From: Candidatus Protoclostridium stercorigallinarum
Lineage (GTDB): Bacteria > Bacillota > Clostridia > Christensenellales > Pumilibacteraceae
Direction: 5' to 3'
DNA: 60,498 nt
Assembly (NCBI GenBank): GCA_019113275.1
Contig: DXHS01000069.1
Span: forward strand, 1 to 60,498
Positions 8,062-18,347 of the stretch are shown piece after piece (positions within the stretch are counted from its first letter, which is position 1; the number at the start of each line of letters is the position of its first letter). The notes beneath the pieces were generated by a model that made no database searches, was not told the DNA's origin, and saw only the letters and a program-made list of their open reading frames with translations. The position numbers and the translations under genes were made by a program.

Positions 8062-9090
8062 ATGGGAATGAAAATTAATTGCAGCCTGCCTGCGCCCGAA
8101 GAGATCAAAGCGGAATATCCGCTTTCCGAAGAACTTGCCTCGCTTAAAAACAGGCGCGACAAAGAGATAAAAGACGTTATCGCGGGAAGAAGCGATAAAT
8201 TCCTCGTCATAGTCGGTCCGTGCTCGGCAGACCGCGAGGACAGCGTGCTCGAATATACGGAAAAGCTCGCGCAGCTTGCGGAAAAGCTCGGCGACAGACT
8301 CGTGATCATCCCGCGGGTATATACGAACAAGCCGCGCACGACGGGCGAAGGCTACAAAGGCATGCTCCACCAGCCCAGACCTACGGACGCTCCCGACCTC
8401 AGATCGGGGATAATCGCGATACGCAAACTTCACCTCAAAGTGATGGGAGAATGCGGGCTCACGTCCGCGGACGAAATGCTGTATCCCGAAAACCGCAGCT
8501 ATCTCGACGACGTGCTCTCATACGAGGCGGTAGGCGCGCGATCGGTGGAAGACCAGCAGCACCGTCTCACGGCGAGCGGCATGGATATCCCCGTAGGGAT
8601 GAAAAATCCCACGAGCGGCGATTTCACGGTAATGCTCAATTCCGTTTTCGCCGCGCAGCATCCGCATAACTTCATCTACCGCGGCTGCGACGTCACTACC
8701 GACGGCAACGAATACGCTCACGTCATACTTCGCGGCGGCGTGGATAAATACGGTTCGGGAGTGCCCAATTACCACTTTGAAGATCTTATCCGTCTGCACG
8801 ATATGTACGAAAAAACGGAACTGAAAAACAGAGCGGCGGTCATCGACGTCAATCATTCCAACTCGGGCAAAAGATACAAGGAACAGGTGCGCATAGTGGG
8901 CGAAGTTCTCCACAGCCGCAGCTGTTCGCCCGAACTCCGTACGCTCGTGAAGGGCGTTATGATAGAGAGCTATCTCGAAGAAGGCTGCCAGCCCGTAAAC
9001 GGCGGCGTATACGGAAAGTCGATAACCGACCCCTGCCTCGGCTGGGCGGACACGGAGAAACTGCTTTATACGATCGCGGAAAAATGCTGA
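8062..9090 (+). CDS. aroG: 3-deoxy-7-phosphoheptulonate (DAHP) synthase, class I
   Basis: 342 aa. The N-terminal region (KEIKDVIAGRSDKFLVIVGPCS) and overall length are typical of class I alpha DAHP synthases. Confidence 0.88.
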   Translation: MGMKINCSLPAPEEIKAEYPLSEELASLKNRRDKEIKDVIAGRSDKFLVIVGPCSADREDSVLEYTEKLAQLAEKLGDRLVIIPRVYTNKPRTTGEGYKGMLHQPRPTDAPDLRSGIIAIRKLHLKVMGECGLTSADEMLYPENRSYLDDVLSYEAVGARSVEDQQHRLTASGMDIPVGMKNPTSGDFTVMLNSVFAAQHPHNFIYRGCDVTTDGNEYAHVILRGGVDKYGSGVPNYHFEDLIRLHDMYEKTELKNRAAVIDVNHSNSGKRYKEQVRIVGEVLHSRSCSPELRTLVKGVMIESYLEEGCQPVNGGVYGKSITDPCLGWADTEKLLYTIAEKC

Positions 9091-10004
9091 CGCGTTACCG
9101 CTCGGCTGACGCGGCGCTTCGCGAAATGTTCGGCTGCAAAGTATACAAACTCGCGCTCTCTTGCGCGGTCACATGCCCGAACAGGGACGGCAGCGCGGGA
9201 ACGGGCGGCTGCATATTCTGCGGCGAATCGGGCAGCGGCGAATTTGCGGAGATATGCCGTTCGGAAAGCGACGTGAACGAAGCGATAGAGCGGGCGAAAG
9301 CGCGCGTTTCGGGCAAAGCGCACGCCGAAAAATACATCGCGTATTTCCAAAGCTATACTTCCACATACATGCCCGTCGAAAAATTACGCGACGTGCTCCT
9401 CACCGCGGCAGACAGAGAAGACATCGCAGCTCTGTCCGTCGCGACCCGCCCCGACTGCCTGCCTGCCGATATCACGGAAGTACTGCGTGAAGCGATATCG
9501 CGCAAACCGCTGTTTGTCGAACTCGGGCTGCAGACGATACGGGAGGATACCGCGAAACTCATAAACCGAGGTTATACGCTCGCGGTCTACGATGACGCGG
9601 TAATCAGACTGAAAAGCATTGGAGCAAACGTCATAACGCACATCATCGTCGGTCTGCCCGGGGAAAGCAAGGAAGACGCCGTGCGCTCCGCTGCATACGC
9701 GGGCAGAGTATCCGACGGGATAAAATTACAATCGCTGTTCGTATTGCGCGGCACGCGTCTTGCGGATATGTACGAAAGCGGGGAATACGTCCCTCTTACC
9801 GAAAACGAGTATATCGACGCTTTATGCGACTGCGTGAAAGTCATCCCGAAGCGCGTCGTACTTCACAGGCTAACGGGCGATCCTCCCAAACGGCTGCTCA
9901 TCGCGCCGCTCTGGACGGCGGATAAAAAACGCGTGCGCGCGGCGACGGCAAAAGCTTTCGAAGCACGGAATATCATACAGGGCTCCGAAAGCACGGATAA
10001 ATGA
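9084..10004 (+). CDS. Radical SAM protein, TIGR01212 family
   Basis: CPNRDGSAGTGGCIFCGESGSGEF cluster motif. About 300 aa, as expected for this family. Confidence 0.85.
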   Translation: MLTRYRSADAALREMFGCKVYKLALSCAVTCPNRDGSAGTGGCIFCGESGSGEFAEICRSESDVNEAIERAKARVSGKAHAEKYIAYFQSYTSTYMPVEKLRDVLLTAADREDIAALSVATRPDCLPADITEVLREAISRKPLFVELGLQTIREDTAKLINRGYTLAVYDDAVIRLKSIGANVITHIIVGLPGESKEDAVRSAAYAGRVSDGIKLQSLFVLRGTRLADMYESGEYVPLTENEYIDALCDCVKVIPKRVVLHRLTGDPPKRLLIAPLWTADKKRVRAATAKAFEARNIIQGSESTDK

Positions 10005-10011
10005 ACCCCCA

Positions 10012-10038
10012 ACGGAAAGCAGATCGCTTTCCGTTTTT
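10012..10038 (+). terminator. Rho-independent terminator
   Basis: ACGGAAAGC / GCTTTCCGT stem plus TTTTT. Confidence 0.75.
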
Positions 10039-10068
10039 ACATACTGCGGAGATATGCCGCACATAATA
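10039..10068 (+). promoter_or_regulatory. Forespore-type (sigmaG/sigmaF-like) promoter ACATA-18-CATAATA
   Basis: Resembles GHATR-N18-CATXHTA. spoVA operons are sigmaG-dependent in Bacillus. Confidence 0.45.
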
Positions 10069-10194
10069 CCCGTATGATAAAAAGCGATGTGCCCTGCGAC
10101 GACGCACGAAACGTCGAAGAAAGGGAAATACTGAAAAAGGAGAGCGACGGCTACGGACGACACAGCTAAGCGCAACGCGCGTTACGGAAAATAT

Positions 10195-10620
10195 GTGGAC
10201 GCGATATCTCCGTCGTCGAGCGCGGCGGGATCGCTGATAAAGGCATTCGCCGTAGGCGGACTCACTTGCGTCGCGGGCGAAGCGATAAGGAACGGACTGA
10301 GCATGATACCGTCGGTATCCGACGAAGACGCCGCCGTATACGCATCGATAGCGCTCGTCGTCGCAGCCATACTCCTTACGGGTCTGGGCGTATACGACGT
10401 CATCGCCAGGCAGGGAGGCGCGGGCTCGTTCCTGCCGATAACAGGGTTCGCCAACGCCATGTCAAGCGCAGCTATGGAATTCCGCTCCGAAGGGCTCATC
10501 ATGGGAACTGCGGTAAAGATGTTCAACGTAGTGGGACCCGTAGTCGTGAACGGTATAGTCTGGTCGGCTGCGGCGGGAGTGCTGAGATACGTCGTCGGGT
10601 TGATTTCGGGGGTCGTATGA
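10195..10620 (+). CDS. spoVAC: Stage V sporulation protein AC
   Basis: LIKAFAVGGLTCVAGEAI and downstream TM helices match SpoVAC. The true start may lie upstream (an AAAGGAG RBS sits about 50 nt upstream with the frame open). Confidence 0.88.
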   Translation: MDAISPSSSAAGSLIKAFAVGGLTCVAGEAIRNGLSMIPSVSDEDAAVYASIALVVAAILLTGLGVYDVIARQGGAGSFLPITGFANAMSSAAMEFRSEGLIMGTAVKMFNVVGPVVVNGIVWSAAAGVLRYVVGLISGVV

Positions 10621-11618
10621 CGGGAAAATCGCAGACATTGACTTTCGGCAACATGCCGCGGCTCATAGCCGGCATGAGCGTAGTCGGGAAGCGCGAGAGC
10701 GAGGGCCCCCTCGGAAAATATTTCGATCGCGTCGAACCAGACCCCAAAATGGGCAGGAACACATTCGAGCAGGGCGAGTCGGCGATGCTCAAGACGGCAA
10801 TAGAAGGCGCCGCAAATAAAGCGGGCATGACCGTTTACGACTTCGACGCATTGTTCGCGGGCGACCTGCTGAATCAGCTCGTATCCTCAAGCTATGCGGC
10901 AAGGGAAATGCCCGTATCCTATTTCGGGCTGTACTCCGCATGTTCGACGATGACGGAGGCGCTGGCTCTCGCGGCAGCCACGGTAAACGCGGGGTATTAC
11001 GAAACGGCGGCATGCGCCACGGCGTCGCATTTCGCAACGGCGGAACGGCAATATCGTTTTCCGCTCGAATACGGCTGCCAGCGACCGCCGTACGCGCAAT
11101 GGACGGTCACGGCGGCGGGGTGCAGCGTCGTTGTCGCAGACGGCGACGGTCCCGCCATAACTCACGCCACGATAGGCAGGGTAGTGGACCTCGGGATCAC
11201 CGACGCCAACAATATGGGAGCGGCAATGGCGCCTGCGGCGATGGATACGTTTTTCGCCGTGCTCGACGATACGGGAATGGACGTATCCGATCTCGACGGG
11301 ATATTCTCTGGCGATCTCGGAAGGCTGGGCAGCGAGATACTGCGCGATCTGTGCCGCGAAAAAGGAGTGGAGCTCGGGCAAAGATACGCGGACTGCGGAG
11401 ATATGATGTTTTCCCGCGGGCAGAACTGCTATTCCGGCGGGAGCGGAGCCGGCTGCAGCGCGAGCGTGCTCAATTCGTTCATACTCAAAAAAATGAAAGA
11501 GGGGTGCTACCGGCGCGTCCTGCTCATGGCTACGGGCGCTCTCATGAGCCCCACGACGTCCTTTCAGGGCGAATCTATACCCGCCGTATGTCACGGCGTT
11601 ATATTGGAGAACGTTTGA
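10617..11618 (+). CDS. spoVAD: Stage V sporulation protein AD
   Basis: ATG overlaps the spoVAC stop (ATGA). MTGKSQTLTFGN.., thiolase-like, 333 aa. The track ORF 10266 is an upstream out-of-context extension. Confidence 0.92.
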   Translation: MTGKSQTLTFGNMPRLIAGMSVVGKRESEGPLGKYFDRVEPDPKMGRNTFEQGESAMLKTAIEGAANKAGMTVYDFDALFAGDLLNQLVSSSYAAREMPVSYFGLYSACSTMTEALALAAATVNAGYYETAACATASHFATAERQYRFPLEYGCQRPPYAQWTVTAAGCSVVVADGDGPAITHATIGRVVDLGITDANNMGAAMAPAAMDTFFAVLDDTGMDVSDLDGIFSGDLGRLGSEILRDLCREKGVELGQRYADCGDMMFSRGQNCYSGGSGAGCSASVLNSFILKKMKEGCYRRVLLMATGALMSPTTSFQGESIPAVCHGVILENV

Positions 11619-11619
11619 T

Positions 11620-12006
11620 ATGATCTTTCCCGAAACATGGTGGGGCGTGCTGCTTAGCTACGTTACCGTATTCGCGTCCGGCGGGCTGCTCTGTATGCTC
11701 GCGCAGGTACTGATAATCAAGACCAGACTCACGCCCGCGCGCATACTCGTGATATTTCTTATCGCAGGCATAATACTTCAGACGGTCGGTCTGTACGAAC
11801 CGCTGGCAAACGTGTTGCGTTCGGGAATAGCCGTACCGATAACGGGATTCGGCGCGTCGCTCGCCAAAGGCGCGATCGAAACGGCTGCGGAAGAGGGCGT
11901 GCTCGGAGCGTTTGCGGGCGGGCTCATACAAACGGCTTACGGCGTGGGCATAGCCGTAGCCGCAAGCTACGTAGTGAGCGTGATATTCAAACCGAAGAGC
12001 AAATAG
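11620..12006 (+). CDS. spoVAE: Stage V sporulation protein AE (AEb type)
   Basis: GGLLCMLAQVLI..TRLTPARILV...VPITGFGASLAKG. Confidence 0.9.
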   Translation: MIFPETWWGVLLSYVTVFASGGLLCMLAQVLIIKTRLTPARILVIFLIAGIILQTVGLYEPLANVLRSGIAVPITGFGASLAKGAIETAAEEGVLGAFAGGLIQTAYGVGIAVAASYVVSVIFKPKSK

Positions 12007-12039
12007 CAACATGGCGGCGCGCGTCGAATATATATTATC

Positions 12040-12684
12040 GTGATGCGCGTCGTCAAACTGAAAAGCAAACATCGCCGCCTGAAGGCGGTCTTTTTCGCCG
12101 CCGTCGTCATAGGTGCGTTCGCACTGTATTACTATCTGCGCATCGCTCCCGTCATATCTACGGTAGTCACCGAGACCACGCGCATGAAAGTTTCCGAAGC
12201 GATCGACGATATGACGGAAAAACAGCTGTACGAAGTGGAATACGGCGACTTCGTCATACTCGACACGGATAGCGACGGTAACGTGACGTTCGTTCAAATG
12301 AACAGCGTTGCCGTCAATCTGTTCGCGCGCAGAGTGACGTCGCTCATCCGCGGCGAGATGGAAAAGTTCGAAGAGCAGGGTATAGCGATACCTCTCGGCA
12401 CGATAACGGGCGTGCCTCTGCTTTCGGATATAGGACCCGAGCTCACGTACAACGTGCTCGACCTCGGAGTCGTGGACGCGGATTTCTACTCCGAATTTTC
12501 GAGCGCCGGCATAAACCAGACGCTCCATCGCCTTTACATGAAGATAATCGTGAACATGCGCATAGTCCTGCCCGGATACTCGCTCGCTTTCGACAACAGC
12601 AGCACGGTAATGATATGCGAAAACATCATCGCCGGAGACGTTCCTCTCGGCAATATAGATATCGGCGGCGAATTATTGCCTTAA
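12040..12684 (+). CDS. yunB: Sporulation protein YunB
   Basis: N-terminal TM helix, about 214 aa. Position after spoVA and overall pattern match the YunB family. Confidence 0.75.
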   Translation: MMRVVKLKSKHRRLKAVFFAAVVIGAFALYYYLRIAPVISTVVTETTRMKVSEAIDDMTEKQLYEVEYGDFVILDTDSDGNVTFVQMNSVAVNLFARRVTSLIRGEMEKFEEQGIAIPLGTITGVPLLSDIGPELTYNVLDLGVVDADFYSEFSSAGINQTLHRLYMKIIVNMRIVLPGYSLAFDNSSTVMICENIIAGDVPLGNIDIGGELLP

Positions 12685-12689
12685 AACGC

Positions 12690-12718
12690 TTGCAAACAAA
12701 AAAGAAAAAGGTTATAAT
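12690..12718 (+). promoter_or_regulatory. sigmaA-type promoter TTGCAA-17-TATAAT
   Basis: Read directly. Drives the pheS T-box leader. Confidence 0.65.
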
Positions 12719-12724
12719 TATAAA

Positions 12725-12985
12725 AAATATCAAAGGCAACGACGCAGCATAAGAGTCCGCTCTATCATCCTTTCAGAGAGCTTCCGGCAGGTGCGAGGAA
12801 GCAGGACAAGCGGAAAGATATTCACTGCCGAGCCCGATCCGCGAACACGAAAGCTATTAACGGATCGCGCGGTCATGCCGGCGTTACGGGCATAAACGAG
12901 GCGCGGGAGAAACTATCTTTCCGCGTGAAGAAAGGTGGTAACACGATCACGGTCGTCCTTTTGCGGGCGGCTCTATTTTTTATCC
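12725..12985 (+). promoter_or_regulatory. T-box leader, Phe specifier (UUC)
   Basis: AGAGAG box and GGUGCGA distal loop. Specifier UUC-A at 12821-12824. T-box motif GAAAGGUGGUAACACG at about 12928-12945. Terminator GTCGTCC/GGGCGGC plus U-run. Confidence 0.88.
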
Positions 12986-12997
12986 TACGGAGGAACA

Positions 12998-14011
12998 ATG
13001 GAAGAAAAGATCGGACAGCTGACCCGCGACTGCGGGGAAGAGATCGCGGCGGCGGGATCGGAAAACGCGCTGTATGCGGTCAGAGTCAAGTATCTCGGCA
13101 AAAGCGGACTTATCAGCGACCTGATGAAGGGCATGAAGGACCTCGCTCCCGAACAGCGCCCCGTTATGGGAAAACTGGTCAACGACGCGCGCGGCACGCT
13201 CGAAGCTCTGTTTGCGGCAAAAGGCAAAGAGCTGCACGACGCCGAACTCGCCGCTCGCCTCGCTGCGGAAAAGATAGACATCACGGCGGGCGAGGACAAA
13301 CTCACGGGCAAGTTGCACCCGCTCAATGCGGTCCGCCGCAGGCTCGTCGACTTTTTCGTATCGATGGGATTCGACGTTATGGACGGTCCGGAAGTGGAAA
13401 CGGACTACTACAACTTCGAAGCGCTCAACGTCCCCAAAGATCATCCAGCCCGCGATATGCAGGACACGTTCTTCCTCGGCGGTAATCTGCTGCTGCGTTC
13501 GCAGACGAGCGCTTCGCAGGTCAGGTATATGGAAGATCACAAACCGCCCCTTAAAATGATATCTCCGGGACGCGTGTTCCGTAACGACGACGACGCGACT
13601 CATTCGCCCGTGTTCCACCAGCTCGAAGGATTGGTCGTGGATAAAGGGATCACGATGTGCGACTTAAAAGGCATACTCGACAGTTTCGCCAAACACTTCT
13701 TCGGCAAAGATACGAAGGTGCGCTTCCGCCCCTCTTACTTCCCGTTCACCGAACCAAGCGTGGAAGTGGACGTGTCCTGCTCGATGTGCCACGGCAAAGG
13801 CTGCAAGATATGCAAAGGCACGGGCTGGATAGAGATACTCGGCGCCGGGATAGTCAACCGCAAAGTGTTGCGCATCTGCGGCATAGATCCCGACGAATAC
13901 ACGGGATTCGCTTTCGGCTTCGGCATCGACCGCATAGCGAACATCATCCACAGCATACCGCACATCAAGCTGCTGTACGAGAACGATATTCGCTTCCTCG
14001 AGCAGTTCTGA
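12998..14011 (+). CDS. pheS: Phenylalanine--tRNA ligase alpha subunit
   Basis: GGAGG RBS before ATG 12998. MEEKIGQL.., class II motifs FRPSYFPFTEPS, GFGIDR. Confidence 0.97.
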   Translation: MEEKIGQLTRDCGEEIAAAGSENALYAVRVKYLGKSGLISDLMKGMKDLAPEQRPVMGKLVNDARGTLEALFAAKGKELHDAELAARLAAEKIDITAGEDKLTGKLHPLNAVRRRLVDFFVSMGFDVMDGPEVETDYYNFEALNVPKDHPARDMQDTFFLGGNLLLRSQTSASQVRYMEDHKPPLKMISPGRVFRNDDDATHSPVFHQLEGLVVDKGITMCDLKGILDSFAKHFFGKDTKVRFRPSYFPFTEPSVEVDVSCSMCHGKGCKICKGTGWIEILGAGIVNRKVLRICGIDPDEYTGFAFGFGIDRIANIIHSIPHIKLLYENDIRFLEQF

Positions 14012-14028
14012 AAGGAGGGGACAGACAC

Positions 14029-16419
14029 ATGAAATTACCGATAAGCTGGCTCAAAGAATACGCGGCGATAGGCTCCGCCTCTCCCGAAGAAGTGGCGAAA
14101 GCTCTGCTCGGCATAGGCTTCGAAGTGGAAGAGATAATATACGCGGGCGCGGACATCGAAAACGTCGTCGCCGCAAAAGTGATAGACTGCAAGCCGCACA
14201 CCAATTCGGATCATCTGCATGTTTGCATGGTCGACACGGGCAACGAGATATTGCAGATAGTCTGCGGCGCTCCCAACGTAGGCACGGGCGACGTCGTGCC
14301 CTGCGCGCTCTCGGGCGCGAAACTGCCCGGCGGGATAGAGATACGACCGGGCGAACTGCGCGGAGTCATGAGCTACGGTATGCTTTGCAGCGGCAAAGAG
14401 CTCGGCGCGGACGACACTATCATAAAGGGCGCCGATGTAGACGGACTGCTCCAACTTCCCAAAGACACGCCACTCGGCACGGACATACGCAAGATACTCG
14501 GACTGGACGAATATGTGCTCGACGTGTCCGTGACGGCTAACCGTCCCGACTGTCAGTCGATAGTGGGACTTGCCCGCGAAGTCGCCGCGGCGATGGACGT
14601 GAGATTCACTCCGCCCGTAAACAAATACAAAACGACGGAGCGCGACGAAGGCGAATACATGCCCGGAGTAAAGATAGATTCCGGACTTTGCTCGCGGTAT
14701 ACCGGCAGGCTCATACGCGATGTCAGGATAGAAAAGTCTCCCGAATGGATGGCTCGTCGTCTCCGTCTCGTAGGCATACGCTCGATAAACAACATCGTAG
14801 ACATAACCAACTACGTCCTCATCGAAACGGGTCAGCCTCTGCACTCCTTCGATATCCGTTTCATCGACGAAGGCATCGTGGTCCGCACGGCAAAAAAGGG
14901 CGAAAAGATAACCGCGCTCGACGGTAAGGAATATTCTCTCGAACCCGACATGCTCGTCATCGCCGACGCGAAAAAACCCGTGGCGATAGCGGGTATCATG
15001 GGCGGGGAATACTCCGGGATAATGAAAGACACGCAGACCGTGTTCCTCGAAGCCGCCAGGTTCGACCGCCGCAGCGTGCGCGTTACGTCGCGTAAACTCG
15101 GGCTCCGTTCGGACTCTTCCGCCCGCTACGAAAAGGGCGTGGACTACGAGAGCGTGGACGAAGGCAGGGAAAGAGCGCTCGCTCTCATATACAAGCTCAA
15201 AGCGGGCAAGATCGTAGACGTCCGTTCGGACGCCGGCGAAGACAGACCCGCGGAAAAGATCATCGATACTACGGCGGAACGCATCTGCTCGATAATCGGC
15301 ATAGACATCCCCGCAAAGACCATCAAAAAGATACTCGATCCGCTCGGGATAGAAACGGAGATCAAACCGAGAACGGACAGACTGCTGTGCCGTATCCCGC
15401 TCCGCCGCGAAGACATCGAAGATTTTGCCGATCTATCGGAAGAGGTGATAAGGTACTACGGCTACGACAATCTCGAGCCGACATTCCTCAGATCGGCAGC
15501 CTGCACGATAGGCGGAGAGAGCGATAAAGACAAAAAGATAAACGCGCTCAAAGAAGTTCTTTGCGGTCTGGGCGCATTCGAAATGATGAGCTATTCGTTC
15601 ATAAGCGCAAAAGCCGCGGACATGCTCATGCTGCCCGATAACGACGAAGCGAGAAAAGGGCTCAGACTGCTCAATCCTCTCGGCGAAGACACCTCGGTCA
15701 TGCGCACGCAGCTCACGCACAACGCGCTTTCGGCGGCGGCTCTCAATCTGTCGCGCGGCAACGACGAATTCCGCCTTTTCGAAGTCGGCAGAGTATACAT
15801 CCCCGTCGTAGAAGGAAAGCAACCGGATGAACGCAATCATCTGACGATCACGTTCGCGGGAGGCGATGAAAACTTCTACACGCTGAAGAGCGCCGTAACG
15901 GCTGCGCTGCGCTGCCTGGGAGCAAAGACCTCGCTGCGCTACACCGAAAAGCCTTATCTGCATCCGGGCATGGGCGCGGATATCGTCATGGACGGCAAAC
16001 TTATCGGCAGTTTCGGCAAGCTGCACCCGACCGCGGCGGAAAACTACGATATAAACGCCGACGTGTATGTCGCGGAGATCGATCTCGAGCCGCTGCTCGG
16101 TATAAAGCTCGATGAGGTAAAATATTCTCTCATCTCGCGCTATCCGTGCGTCAACCGCGACCTTGCCGTCGTCGTAGACGAAAGCGCGCCGCTCGGCGAA
16201 CTCATCGCCACGATAAAGGAGGCTGCGGGAAGCGACCTCGAATCCGTACGCGCATTCGACGTATACAGAGGCGAGCAGATAGAAAAAGGCAAAAAGAGCG
16301 TGGCGTTCGCGCTCAGATTCCGCTCTCCGGAAAAGACTCTCGGCGACGCGGACATACAGGCGATGACGGACGCCGTGATAAAAGCTCTCGAAAGCGCTCA
16401 CGGCGCACAGCTCAGATAA
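14029..16419 (+). CDS. pheT: Phenylalanine--tRNA ligase beta subunit
   Basis: AGGAGGGG RBS. MKLPISWLKEY.., 796 aa. The track ORF 13657 is an upstream extension across pheS. Confidence 0.97.
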   Translation: MKLPISWLKEYAAIGSASPEEVAKALLGIGFEVEEIIYAGADIENVVAAKVIDCKPHTNSDHLHVCMVDTGNEILQIVCGAPNVGTGDVVPCALSGAKLPGGIEIRPGELRGVMSYGMLCSGKELGADDTIIKGADVDGLLQLPKDTPLGTDIRKILGLDEYVLDVSVTANRPDCQSIVGLAREVAAAMDVRFTPPVNKYKTTERDEGEYMPGVKIDSGLCSRYTGRLIRDVRIEKSPEWMARRLRLVGIRSINNIVDITNYVLIETGQPLHSFDIRFIDEGIVVRTAKKGEKITALDGKEYSLEPDMLVIADAKKPVAIAGIMGGEYSGIMKDTQTVFLEAARFDRRSVRVTSRKLGLRSDSSARYEKGVDYESVDEGRERALALIYKLKAGKIVDVRSDAGEDRPAEKIIDTTAERICSIIGIDIPAKTIKKILDPLGIETEIKPRTDRLLCRIPLRREDIEDFADLSEEVIRYYGYDNLEPTFLRSAACTIGGESDKDKKINALKEVLCGLGAFEMMSYSFISAKAADMLMLPDNDEARKGLRLLNPLGEDTSVMRTQLTHNALSAAALNLSRGNDEFRLFEVGRVYIPVVEGKQPDERNHLTITFAGGDENFYTLKSAVTAALRCLGAKTSLRYTEKPYLHPGMGADIVMDGKLIGSFGKLHPTAAENYDINADVYVAEIDLEPLLGIKLDEVKYSLISRYPCVNRDLAVVVDESAPLGELIATIKEAAGSDLESVRAFDVYRGEQIEKGKKSVAFALRFRSPEKTLGDADIQAMTDAVIKALESAHGAQLR

Positions 16420-16420
16420 C

Positions 16421-18346
16421 ATGGAATTACTTTCACCTGCGGGCAATATGAAAGCGCTCAAATGCGCCGTAGCCGGCGGAGCCGACGCGGTGTATATGGG
16501 CGCGGGCGATTTCAACGCGAGAAGCAAGGCGGACAACTTCGGCAAAGACGAACTCCGCCTTGCCGTTTCGTATTGCCACGACAGGGGAGTGCGCGTGTAC
16601 CTTACGCTCAATACGCTCATCAAGCCGTCCGAATTCCCGCGGGCAACGGATACGGCAAGATACGCCGCGGAGATCGGAGTGGACGCGTTCATCGTTCAGG
16701 ATCTCGCCTTCGCGGCAATCCTCGGCAAAGAACTGCCCGACATGCCTCTGCATGCCAGCACGCAAATGGGCATACACAACGCCTATGGCGCGGCATTCGC
16801 GAAAAAAGCAGGATTCGACCGAGTGATATTCTCCCGCGAAGTATTGCCTGAGGATATGAAAAAAGCTGCGGACACCGGTATCGAGACCGAATGTTTCGTC
16901 CACGGCGCGCACTGCATATCCTTTTCGGGCAACTGCTACTTTTCGGCTCTCGTATCCGGTTACAGCGGCAACCGCGGAAAGTGCTTACAGCTGTGCAGGA
17001 AAAAATACACGCTGTCCTCACGCGGAAAAACCACCTCGGGATACATGCTTTCGGCAAAAGATATCTGCCTGATATCCGACCTCGTTAAGCTGCAAAAAGC
17101 GGGAGCATGTTCGCTCAAGATAGAAGGGAGACTGCGCAGCCCCGAATACGTCTATACCGTAACGAAAGCGTATCGCACGGCATTATCGGGAAACCGACCG
17201 GACATGGCGGACGTAACGACGGTATTCAATCGCGGCGATATGTCCGAGGCATATATCGGCAGCGACAGACCGGATATCGTATGGCAGCACACGCAGAACA
17301 ATATAGGATCGCATTTCGGCGTCGTTTCGAAAACGGCAGGCAGAAAACTTTTCGTCACCACCCGTATAAAAGCAAAAGCCGGTGACGGTTTCAAAGCGCT
17401 CAGGCGGGGAAAAGAAACGGGCAGCGCCGTCTGCAACGGCACGGATATCATCTCGTCCGGCGACGTAAGACCGGGCGACGAACTGCGGCTGACGCGCAGC
17501 GCACGCATTTCTGCGGAAGCGGACAAAGCCGTGGCTGCATGCGATAAAATAACGGAGAAGAAAGAATACAACAAAATTCCGCGAATTAATCACGGTACTA
17601 TGTCTGACATAGTATGTAAAAGCTATGTCTTCCCGGATAAATGCGTTATTCTCACAGCAGATGACCGCACGGATCGAAGGCTGCTTGACGCAGCCGACAT
17701 GATAATCTATGCTCCGGAAGTTTATTCGGCAGAGAAAGCCGGCGCCTTTGCGCAAGGTTTATCCAAACCCGTGCTTCTCGATCTTCCTACGGAAGCGCGC
17801 GGACGGGATATCGATGTGCTCGAAAGCATCGGGCGCGCGGATATATTCGACGGGTATGTGGCAAACAACGTATATGCTTTCGAGATGTTCGCGGGCAAAC
17901 CTCTCGTTCTCGGAAGAGCGCTCAATCTGCTTTCGCCCGTGTTCGATATGCCGCGGCTGCTTTCTTCCGAGGCTGCAAGAGCGGACACGGGGGACATCGT
18001 GCCCGTATACATTCGTGAAACGCTGATGAATCTTACGCACTGCCCGGCAAGGCAGCTCGGTCAGCGCTGCGGCAGCTGCGACCCGCACGGTATGACCCTC
18101 ACTGACGAAAGCAGGAACGTAATGCCGCTGAGGCGCAAAAAGCTGCATTACTGCTACTACGAACTGCTCAATTCTCGCGTGCGCAATATTTCGGGGAAAC
18201 TTGACGAAAGAGTGCATACGAGACTTCTCGTGGACGCCCGGAATGCAGATACCGAAAAAGCGCTCCGGGCATTGCGCGATCCGTATTCTCTGCCGTTCGA
18301 CGAACGCACCGAAACGAGCGGCAGATGGGGAAAAGGAGTAAAGTGA
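16421..18346 (+). CDS. Peptidase U32 family protein (collagenase-like / RNA hydroxylation family)
   Basis: MELLSPAGN..AGADAVY.G...FNAR, E.FVHGA.C.S.SG.C motif. Confidence 0.85.
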   Translation: MELLSPAGNMKALKCAVAGGADAVYMGAGDFNARSKADNFGKDELRLAVSYCHDRGVRVYLTLNTLIKPSEFPRATDTARYAAEIGVDAFIVQDLAFAAILGKELPDMPLHASTQMGIHNAYGAAFAKKAGFDRVIFSREVLPEDMKKAADTGIETECFVHGAHCISFSGNCYFSALVSGYSGNRGKCLQLCRKKYTLSSRGKTTSGYMLSAKDICLISDLVKLQKAGACSLKIEGRLRSPEYVYTVTKAYRTALSGNRPDMADVTTVFNRGDMSEAYIGSDRPDIVWQHTQNNIGSHFGVVSKTAGRKLFVTTRIKAKAGDGFKALRRGKETGSAVCNGTDIISSGDVRPGDELRLTRSARISAEADKAVAACDKITEKKEYNKIPRINHGTMSDIVCKSYVFPDKCVILTADDRTDRRLLDAADMIIYAPEVYSAEKAGAFAQGLSKPVLLDLPTEARGRDIDVLESIGRADIFDGYVANNVYAFEMFAGKPLVLGRALNLLSPVFDMPRLLSSEAARADTGDIVPVYIRETLMNLTHCPARQLGQRCGSCDPHGMTLTDESRNVMPLRRKKLHYCYYELLNSRVRNISGKLDERVHTRLLVDARNADTEKALRALRDPYSLPFDERTETSGRWGKGVK

Positions 18347-18347
18347 C

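Noticed and set aside
10266-10616. N-terminal extensions in the ORF track: spoVAD from 10266, pheS from 12935, pheT from 13657, thrS from 21622, radC from 27575, ruvA from 31938, tgt from 34583, thiI from 36483, miaB from 39953, miaA from 45199.
   Set aside because: The extensions are Arg-rich read-through of the preceding gene in another frame. In each case an internal Met with a good RBS and a family-typical N-terminus marks the real start.
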